Positions 31,244 through 38,746 of a DNA stretch of 64,000 nt are shown here, in pieces (positions within the stretch are counted from its first letter, which is position 1; the number at the start of each line of letters is the position of its first letter). A model generated the notes under the pieces. It did not search any database. It was not told the origin of the DNA and saw nothing but the letters and a program-made list of their open reading frames with translations. This stretch comes from a virus (Duplodnaviria; Caudoviricetes): positions 102,593 to 166,592 of IMG/VR virus record IMGVR_UViG_3300037455_000173, one strand, 5' to 3'. A program made the position numbers and the translations under genes.

Positions 31244-31847
31244 CTGATAACACTCCTTTACATTTTCTTAGGTACCATTGTACACAAGGTACCGATAATT
31301 TGGTCAATCCAGATTTATATAAATCAGTAACTTCTTTTGCAGGCATGTGGAGTTCTTTTGCAATTTCGTTTACACTCCACGGTGGCTCATCAGAAGTTCT
31401 GTTTATAACATGAAGAACACTTACTTCTTCAGGTGTTAATAGTGCTTCCATAACATCAGATATATCTGATTGCTTCTGGTCAAATGAATATGTATCCTCG
31501 ATTTGTTCTTCCATCGGTATATCAGCATCCTCACATTCAAATTCTGTAAAGGCCACTTCAGGATTAACCAGCTTATTCATTTGATTTCGGATATAGGGAA
31601 ATGCATAAGTGCTTAGAACTGCATATGTATCCGCATCAAATCTGTCGATTGCAATTATTAAGCCCATAGTGCCAGCTGACACGAGCTCCTCACAATCAGT
31701 CTCACCGGGATATCGACTTGCGAAATACATCTGGTAACATCGATGTACTAACCCTAGATTGTTAACCACAATCTTGTTTCTAATCTTTGGGTTGCGTGTT
31801 CTTGCGTATTCTTTAAGCAACTCTTGATTTTCCTGATTTCTGCTCAT
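31236..31847 (-). CDS. Phage sigma-70-family sigma factor
   Basis: Region 2 'RNKIVVNNLGLV...ELVSAGTMGLIIAIDRFD...STYAFPYIR' and region-4 HTH 'SVNEIAKELHM'. Start moved to the RBS-supported ATG. Confidence 0.85.
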   Translation of the reverse strand: MSRNQENQELLKEYARTRNPKIRNKIVVNNLGLVHRCYQMYFASRYPGETDCEELVSAGTMGLIIAIDRFDADTYAVLSTYAFPYIRNQMNKLVNPEVAFTEFECEDADIPMEEQIEDTYSFDQKQSDISDVMEALLTPEEVSVLHVINRTSDEPPWSVNEIAKELHMPAKEVTDLYKSGLTKLSVPCVQWYLRKCKGVLSDD

Positions 31848-31872
31848 ATCAACCTCACCGTCCCTCAATAAT

Positions 31873-31904
31873 ATAATAATAGATTATGTCATGATAATTC
31901 GAAG
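31873..31904 (-). promoter_or_regulatory. Phage promoter motif CTTCG-N21-TATTAT (sigma gene)
   Basis: CTTCGAATTATCATGACATAATCTATTATTAT on the minus strand. Confidence 0.55.
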
Positions 31905-32006
31905 ATAGGCGCAACCAAATAAATGATTGCGCCCACCTTAAAATTTATCAAATTGGTTTTTCAGAATATGTCGGATTGAACCTTTCTGATTTAGAATTTT
32001 TATTTA

Positions 32007-33614
32007 TTAACCCTGTAAGGACGGGGTTAATGCTGGGGATAGATAGGTTGTAGGAGTTTTGGCTAAGATATATTGATCAGTGGTAGTTGAATAATAGATA
32101 TTTTCTCCGTCTGTCCATATACGGTTACCACCAAAACTCGTTAATCCACTCCATGTCTTTGTACTCCAAGTTGATGTAGATTTATCGAGAACATATTGAG
32201 TTGAACCACTTGAATAATAGATATGTTCTCCGTCTGTCCAGACACTGAAACCATAGAAACTCGTTAATCCACTCCAAGTCTTTGTAGTCCAGGTTGATGT
32301 TAATTTATCAAGAACATATTGATTAGAACCATTTGAATAATAGATATTTTCTCCGTCTGTCCATATATATTGACCATCAAAACTCGTTAATCCACTCCAT
32401 GTCTTTGTACTCCAAGTTGATGTGGATTTGTCGAGAACATATTGGGCTGTATCATACGAATAATAAATATTATCACCGTCTGTCCAGATATAGCCACCAT
32501 AGAAATTCGTTAATCCACTCCATGTTTTTGCTATCCATGTTGAAGTAGATTTATCAAGAACATATTGATTAGAACCATTTGAATAATAGATATTTTCTCC
32601 GTCTGTCCAGATATATGAACCAGGAAAACTTGTCGAGGTATTCCAGATTTTTGTTATCCATCTTGAAGCTGCTTTATCGAGAACATATTGGGCTGTATCA
32701 TACGAATAATAAATATTATCACCGTCTGTCCAGATATATGAACCAGAAACATTCGTAGACCCACTCCATGTCTTTATACTCCAAGTTGAAGTGGACTTAT
32801 CAAGAACATAAGTAAGTGAACCAGGTGAACAATAAATGTTTTCTCCGTCTGTCCAGATAGAGCTACCAGGAAAATTCGTCAATCCAGTCCAGGTTTTTGT
32901 ACTCCAAGTTGATGTAGATTTATTGAGAACATATTGGCTGGGACCATTTGAAGAATATATATTTTCTCCGTCTGTCCATACATATTGACCATAAAGACTT
33001 GAATATTCACTCCAAGTTTTTGGAGTCCATGTCGAAGTAGATTTGTCAAGAACATATTGAGTTGAACTACTCGAATAATATACATTTTCTCCGTCTGTCC
33101 ATATATTGTTACCATAGAAATTCGTTAATCCACTCCATGTTTTTGCTATCCATGTTGAAGTAGATTTATCTAGAACATATTGGTTAGAACCATATGAATA
33201 ATAGATATTAGTTCCGTCTGCCCATATACGGCTACCATTAAAATTCGTCAATCCATTCCATGTTTTCTGTGTCCAGGTTGATGTAGATTTATTGAGAACA
33301 TATTGAATTGTACCGCTCGAATAATAGATGTTTGCTTCGTCTGTCCAGATATAGTTACCAAGAAGATATGCAGGTATACCCGACCAATCATCTTTAGGTT
33401 CCCAAGCATTGTCTCTAATATGCATAGTCAGAGGTTTAGCATTAGGAGATACAATTAACTGAGTTCCGCCTGAGATAGTATCGATATCAGCAGGAAAATC
33501 CTCGAAGCCATCACCGCTACCGACAGTACCGCCTTTTGCTATGATAGCATCACTGATAGCGGTTTTAGCATTCTGAAGTCGTGTTAAATTTTCAGCTAAT
33601 GTATGTTCTGGCAT
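32007..33614 (-). CDS. Repeat (beta-propeller-like) receptor-binding/adhesin protein
   Basis: N-terminal virion-anchor-like 'AKTAISDAIIAKGGTV', followed by 11 copies of a 41-aa Trp/Tyr-rich repeat. Confidence 0.65.
   Translation of the reverse strand: MPEHTLAENLTRLQNAKTAISDAIIAKGGTVGSGDGFEDFPADIDTISGGTQLIVSPNAKPLTMHIRDNAWEPKDDWSGIPAYLLGNYIWTDEANIYYSSGTIQYVLNKSTSTWTQKTWNGLTNFNGSRIWADGTNIYYSYGSNQYVLDKSTSTWIAKTWSGLTNFYGNNIWTDGENVYYSSSSTQYVLDKSTSTWTPKTWSEYSSLYGQYVWTDGENIYSSNGPSQYVLNKSTSTWSTKTWTGLTNFPGSSIWTDGENIYCSPGSLTYVLDKSTSTWSIKTWSGSTNVSGSYIWTDGDNIYYSYDTAQYVLDKAASRWITKIWNTSTSFPGSYIWTDGENIYYSNGSNQYVLDKSTSTWIAKTWSGLTNFYGGYIWTDGDNIYYSYDTAQYVLDKSTSTWSTKTWSGLTSFDGQYIWTDGENIYYSNGSNQYVLDKLTSTWTTKTWSGLTSFYGFSVWTDGEHIYYSSGSTQYVLDKSTSTWSTKTWSGLTSFGGNRIWTDGENIYYSTTTDQYILAKTPTTYLSPALTPSLQG
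32065..33365 (-). repeat. Tandem 123-bp coding repeats (about 11 copies)
   Basis: Recurrent CCGTCTGTCCA and AGAACATATTG at 123-nt spacing. Unit: IWTDGENIYYSxGxxQYVLDKSTSTWxxKTWSGLTxFxGxx. Confidence 0.9.
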
Positions 33615-33617
33615 AAT

Positions 33618-34703
33618 TTATAACACTCCTTCCAGAACTGTATTGATGTTATCAATAGTTACGTATAATACTGCGTTTGATGGAGCATACGGAACAAATG
33701 ACTGATTAGCCATTTCAGTTATCATAACTTGAACAATACTAACATATTCATTACTATCATTTCTAAGCTCAATTGTCTCACAATCATCAGTTAATGTCAC
33801 TGAAACCTCAGTTCTTGTTCTAGAATGCGTAATTGTAGCTTGACCAACGCTTGTATCATTATAATCATAAAATGTCATTGTTGCTGTGCCTGAGTTTGCT
33901 GCTCCTGCATTTTTCCATGATACGTAATATGTACCTGCTGACAGAAAACATTCTTTTCTGTCAATAATGCCAGCACTGTCTGAGTGTCCGCCAATAATAG
34001 GTGAAAGGTTATAATTCTTCAAATATCCCAGACGCTCATTCGTTGAAATATTGTTTTCATTTGCTTGTTCTTTTGCTGTAAGCTCTGTACATGATAGTGT
34101 ATCACACTCTATTGTACAAGGAACACCTGCTGTTACTTTATAAACAGCACCATATTTTATAAACTGATTACCAAATTGCAAATCAGTCATTACGATATAT
34201 GGTCTAATGTACCATATGTCTCCGACGTTTACGTTAGACTTGTTCCATGTATAACCGCCCGTATTCTCACTCTGAGAGTCTGGAACAGTGGATTTTTTCA
34301 CATACGTTTCATTAGCTGTTTCTGGTATATTTATTTCCAACCATGTTATCTTCTCCGCATTATTAGTCGCTATCAGACCAAAATATTCATATCTATATTT
34401 GTAAGTCCACACCTCATCTTCTGTGTCCCAGTACCTAGATTGGTTTTTACTCCAACGCATACGGAAATGCATTTTGTTTTCAGATGTATTATAGTATGTG
34501 CTTTCATTAATAGCACCATTATCCTGACAAAGAAACACAGAAACATTACAATCCGCAGAGTTATAAGTTTGTGATAAGATAGTTGTATTTGTATTAATCT
34601 GCTCGAGCTGTGCAGCTATTTCAGCACGAGCCTCAGCATCTTTTATAGTGAGAACAGTTCCATCCTCGCGCTCTATTTCAGATAAATAATTAGAATCTGG
34701 CAT
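33618..34703 (-). CDS. Putative fibre/receptor-module protein
   Basis: N-terminal 'IKDAEAR' fibre motif, a central beta-sandwich-like domain and a C-terminal 'FVPYAPSNAVL'. Lies within the receptor cluster. Confidence 0.45.
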   Translation of the reverse strand: MPDSNYLSEIEREDGTVLTIKDAEARAEIAAQLEQINTNTTILSQTYNSADCNVSVFLCQDNGAINESTYYNTSENKMHFRMRWSKNQSRYWDTEDEVWTYKYRYEYFGLIATNNAEKITWLEINIPETANETYVKKSTVPDSQSENTGGYTWNKSNVNVGDIWYIRPYIVMTDLQFGNQFIKYGAVYKVTAGVPCTIECDTLSCTELTAKEQANENNISTNERLGYLKNYNLSPIIGGHSDSAGIIDRKECFLSAGTYYVSWKNAGAANSGTATMTFYDYNDTSVGQATITHSRTRTEVSVTLTDDCETIELRNDSNEYVSIVQVMITEMANQSFVPYAPSNAVLYVTIDNINTVLEGVL

Positions 34704-34736
34704 ATTTAATCACTTTCCTTTCTATTATATAAAATA

Positions 34737-34764
34737 TTCATGTGGGCGAATATGCCCACATGAA
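34737..34764. promoter_or_regulatory. Hairpin downstream of the DGR-type variable region (DGR cis element or terminator)
   Basis: TTCATGTGGGC-GAATAT-GCCCACATGAA, a perfect 11-bp stem 10 nt after the stop codon. Confidence 0.6.
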
Positions 34765-34774
34765 CATATGTGGT

Positions 34775-36679
34775 TTATACAGCTGAAGGTATGTACATAA
34801 GGCGCGCGCCGATAATCGAATTCGCATTGGAGGAATTATAAGCACAATACCAATAGAACGCGCCCGCACTAGAATCATTACCCCAATTGCCACCCAATAG
34901 AGCAACGCGCCACCCCGAATTAGAGCTGACACGGTCACCTATTGGACCGTCGACGTTAGCAGTGGATGACGACTCCGATGGAAGAAGTATCCAACTATTG
35001 TTTGCGTCATATCCAAATGCTGTAATGTAGTTTGTTGCTGGAAGGTTAAATGCGATTTGTGTATAACCTGTAGAAGTATCGTCAACGAATGTAAATGTAT
35101 TGCATACATATGGGGTTGTATTATTGCAGTTAAGACCATCAATCCAATTCCAAATATTTCCCCACAGGTTTTCAATTCCTCTCCAGTTAACCGGAGTAGT
35201 TTTATTATTCTGGGTACCGGAAGTGACATTACCGGTTGTTTGTCCTGCATATGTTGCTGCTGATGCGGAAACAACGCCCTGACCGATACCAACCTGGGAA
35301 TTGAAACCATATTCAACAGCCATTAACATCTGAACGGCCATAGTCTGTTTTGCACCAGCCGAATACCAACCAGATCCACGATTAGTTGCCATTGTGCGTG
35401 CAGTAGCTCGTGTAAGTGAGTTTGTTGGTAACATAGAAGAACCCGCAACAGATGATAGTTTGTCAGAAGCAGTATTGTATGATGTTCCATACATACCAGA
35501 TGAATTCTGGCCCACAGCATCAAATGCGCCATATAAGAAATAATCAATCTCATTACCAGAAGCATCGTAGAATGCAGGATGCAATGCGAAACCCTCGACT
35601 GGCAAATCGGATATCTCCCATGTACACTTTCTGATATTTACTACATCAAGGCCACCATCAGAATCAGGTGTAACCTTGTAATAGAATTTCGGTATCTTAA
35701 CCATTACTTGACCATTCGAGCCATCTTCTGTATATCCAGCATCACCATAATATGCATTTATAATACCATTATCAGATACATTGCATCTGTTGATAGCCAT
35801 ATAAACGGGATGTGTGTCAGGATTGCCTGTACGTGTTGTCTCGTTAGCTGTAAAGTTTACATATCGTGATATTACTCTTGCAGGTTCCTTAGTTGATACA
35901 AATCTATTGTCGGTTGTGAAACCAATCTTATGAAGTGTCAATCTCTCATTAGCATATGAATAATATGTAATCTTATTCGTAGGGTCAGGGTCTGTCGGAG
36001 CAGCAGTAACCAAACCTGTTACAGCAGTATCGGTTAGAGCATCTTCGCTTTCTGTGATATGACCTAGCGCATCGTATTTAACCTTAACAATACCAAGGTC
36101 AGTCTTCGGTGTTACTGGAGTATTAGAGTGACCGAATTCATTATGAAATTCGCCGGTAAGCTGTAGACCACCGTTTGCTGCTACTGTATACTCTGGCTCG
36201 TCACCTGAAGGAACAACATTCCAGTCGGTATCTTCTACCCATGTCGCATCTACCTTCGGTGCATTCTTAGCGGCTATTATAGTATCACCTATCTTAATAG
36301 TACCTGTATATGCAGGACTAGCAGCAATAAATGATACCTTATAGGTAAAACCTTTCTTTATGCTAGCTACCGATGAAGGTTCAGACACTGCTATCGAACA
36401 CCTGGTAGTATCCGCAGAATCAGCTGTAAGTGACATAACGCCAGTATATACCATAGGCTTCGGAAGGTGTTCTATCTGACTGTCAACATAATCTTTCGTA
36501 GACAATGGGTTATAGCTAGGCGACGTATTATCACTATTATAATTACCGGTAGTGGCTATACCTGCAGTACCGGTAGTGCCATCAACGATAGATGCATTGT
36601 CTATCTTGACTTCTTTTACCGGAATGTCGACGTCACTATCGTCAACCCACTGACCATTTATTTTCTTTTTCAGTCCCAT
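34775..36679 (-). CDS. Tail fibre/adhesin with C-terminal CLec (FGE-type) domain; DGR target-like
   Basis: 'VMVKIPKFY', 'RGIENLWGN.W.WIDG' and 'GG.W.....AG.F.W.......S....IGAR' motifs. Confidence 0.8.
   Translation of the reverse strand: MGLKKKINGQWVDDSDVDIPVKEVKIDNASIVDGTTGTAGIATTGNYNSDNTSPSYNPLSTKDYVDSQIEHLPKPMVYTGVMSLTADSADTTRCSIAVSEPSSVASIKKGFTYKVSFIAASPAYTGTIKIGDTIIAAKNAPKVDATWVEDTDWNVVPSGDEPEYTVAANGGLQLTGEFHNEFGHSNTPVTPKTDLGIVKVKYDALGHITESEDALTDTAVTGLVTAAPTDPDPTNKITYYSYANERLTLHKIGFTTDNRFVSTKEPARVISRYVNFTANETTRTGNPDTHPVYMAINRCNVSDNGIINAYYGDAGYTEDGSNGQVMVKIPKFYYKVTPDSDGGLDVVNIRKCTWEISDLPVEGFALHPAFYDASGNEIDYFLYGAFDAVGQNSSGMYGTSYNTASDKLSSVAGSSMLPTNSLTRATARTMATNRGSGWYSAGAKQTMAVQMLMAVEYGFNSQVGIGQGVVSASAATYAGQTTGNVTSGTQNNKTTPVNWRGIENLWGNIWNWIDGLNCNNTTPYVCNTFTFVDDTSTGYTQIAFNLPATNYITAFGYDANNSWILLPSESSSTANVDGPIGDRVSSNSGWRVALLGGNWGNDSSAGAFYWYCAYNSSNANSIIGARLMYIPSAV
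34798..34935 (-). other. DGR-type variable region (VR) with a GC-only tract near its 3' end
   Basis: A-free framework codons (TCG GGG TGG CGC GCG GGC GCG, GGC GCG CGC) interleaved with NNT codons. GGCGCGCGCC at 34801-34810. Confidence 0.7.
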
Positions 36680-37245
36680 TAGAAGCTCACTCCTATCGCA
36701 TTATCAGGAATATCTCCTGAAGGTGTAGTAGTCGAGATTACAAGTGTATCGTCGTTCTGCATTGTAATCGATTCGTCGGTTGTACTCTTAATACCAGCCA
36801 GTCTGTCGTCCATATCATCATAATTTCCAACCTTCTCAGCTGTAATACCAGAATTCATTGCATCTAGCTGAGCCTGTGTTGGGTCGAAGCTACTACCAGG
36901 CTGTATACCGTTCTCCTCAACCTGAGAAATAACCATAGCCTTTTCAGCAGCTGTCTCATTCAGAGCTACCTGGAATCCGATGTAGGTATCACCACAACCG
37001 TCGCGGTATTCAGAGTCAATGGTGTTCTCGGTTATTATATAACCTTCTGCTGTTAATTTTGCTTTCTCATCGTCAGAAATAGTATTCGGAAATGTGGTAT
37101 ACTGCTGACCAGAACCACAGCGAGTTTCCATTTCAGACATTACTTCTGAGGCTAATATCTTAGGTAGATTAGTAGGAAATTGAGCTTGAATTCTTGCATT
37201 GAAATTAGCTGCAGGTTCGATAGTATTATAAAGTATATTGCTCAT
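36679..37245 (-). CDS. Virion protein with duplicated N-domain
   Basis: N-terminal ~115 aa are paralogous to 37405..38655. Has a 'TQAQLDAMNSGITAEKV' fibre motif. Confidence 0.5.
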   Translation of the reverse strand: MSNILYNTIEPAANFNARIQAQFPTNLPKILASEVMSEMETRCGSGQQYTTFPNTISDDEKAKLTAEGYIITENTIDSEYRDGCGDTYIGFQVALNETAAEKAMVISQVEENGIQPGSSFDPTQAQLDAMNSGITAEKVGNYDDMDDRLAGIKSTTDESITMQNDDTLVISTTTPSGDIPDNAIGVSF

Positions 37246-37404
37246 AACAATACCTCCTTTACTTAATTATATTGCTAGAGTATCACATGCCAGATATAAC
37301 ACCTCTGCTTATTACTTCTGCAATCTTGTCAAGAAGTTGTTCCTCTTGTTACTGGTGTTAATTTTGACATAGTGTCTAGCTCTTTAAAATCAACTCCTAA
37401 GATT

Positions 37405-38655
37405 TTATATTTCAGTACGTACCTGTAATTCAAGTAACGTCTTACCCTGCAGTCTTGCCTCATTTAGAGATTGGGTTGTAGATATTAATGATAATGCACC
37501 AGTCTCTGCGTTTTGTTCAATTTCAACTAAATTCGCCTTGCTTCGATTTATTATAATATCGGTATAAACATCGATTGATTTAATAGTATTATCGTCATAT
37601 AGTGTAAAACCTTTGCTACTCACTATGGCAACATCGTCATCACTATCAATTCTTGTATCTACACTAATAGTTATCGCATTATCACCAACATATATACCAG
37701 GGTACTGTACCTTATTACCATCTAAATAAACAGATATAATACTGCCATAATTGGTAGCACGTCTCACTTCCGCAAAAGTCTTATCAGCTGTATATGTAGG
37801 TGGATATAATCCATTACTTGAAATTCTAAGTTCAAGTGTAGGAGGATTACCTACAGGCTGAAACATATAAAGTTCTAAGTCCGGAGCATACAGCCATTCT
37901 AATACTAAGGCATCAGACATGGTATTATTATAGCCAACATAGCAAGCTAACTTTTGTATCTGCATGTCCTCTTCTTCTTCTTCAGACTCAATACAAATAG
38001 GTATATTTTCAAAATATAATATATCTGAAGCCGCAACCTCAGACAAGTATTCTTTAGCGGTAGCAGATAATACTATATTTACAACGCCACCAGATGCATA
38101 AATTGCTTCAGCTTCACTAAAAGACTTATCTGCCACTAAATAACCTAACTGATACTCTGAGTCATAATCTACATTAACCACAAAAGTCTCTCCGCCACTA
38201 CCAGCAACATCAACAGTAACCTTGCTATATCCGTCAGCATTATCGTCAGAAGCGTTATACACTCCGTTCTCTGTGATTGACTTTTCGATAAGTGTAGCAG
38301 AGTCGCCACCGCCACCGATACCATTTTCACCTTTCTGACCAATAACCATACTCTTAGCCGCTGCGGTATCATTCAGCGCTACCTGGAAACCTATGTATGT
38401 AGGTTCAACTCCGTCGATATTCTCAGAATCAATTGTATTCGCTGTTACAACATAACCTGCAGCTTCTAGCTTAGCCTTTTCACCATCACTGATTGTATTA
38501 GGAAAAGTCGTATACTGCTGACCACTACCGCATCTCTTTTCGAACTCAGCCATTACTTCAGAAGCTGTAATATCCTGAAATGGTGGCATAAGATACTTCT
38601 GCGTTCTGTCATTATAATCAGGAGCAGGTTCTATCGGAATTAAAACATCACTCAT
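37405..38655 (-). CDS. Virion protein with duplicated N-domain
   Basis: Shares 'RCGSGQQYTTFPNTISD.EKAKL' with 36679..37245. 'SITENGVYNASDDNADGYSKVTVDV' fibre motif and two 'ADK.F.E' repeats. Confidence 0.5.
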   Translation of the reverse strand: MSDVLIPIEPAPDYNDRTQKYLMPPFQDITASEVMAEFEKRCGSGQQYTTFPNTISDGEKAKLEAAGYVVTANTIDSENIDGVEPTYIGFQVALNDTAAAKSMVIGQKGENGIGGGGDSATLIEKSITENGVYNASDDNADGYSKVTVDVAGSGGETFVVNVDYDSEYQLGYLVADKSFSEAEAIYASGGVVNIVLSATAKEYLSEVAASDILYFENIPICIESEEEEEDMQIQKLACYVGYNNTMSDALVLEWLYAPDLELYMFQPVGNPPTLELRISSNGLYPPTYTADKTFAEVRRATNYGSIISVYLDGNKVQYPGIYVGDNAITISVDTRIDSDDDVAIVSSKGFTLYDDNTIKSIDVYTDIIINRSKANLVEIEQNAETGALSLISTTQSLNEARLQGKTLLELQVRTEI

Positions 38656-38746
38656 GAATTTTCCTCCTATTCTATAGATAAATAAAGAGTGAGAGTACCT
38701 TTATTACCCTCACTCTATTTTATATTATTATATCAGAACTCAAATG

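Noticed and set aside
32065-33365. Regularly spaced repeats as a CRISPR array
   Set aside because: The period is 123 nt and in frame, the intervening sequence is also homologous, the whole lies inside one ORF, and there are no cas genes.
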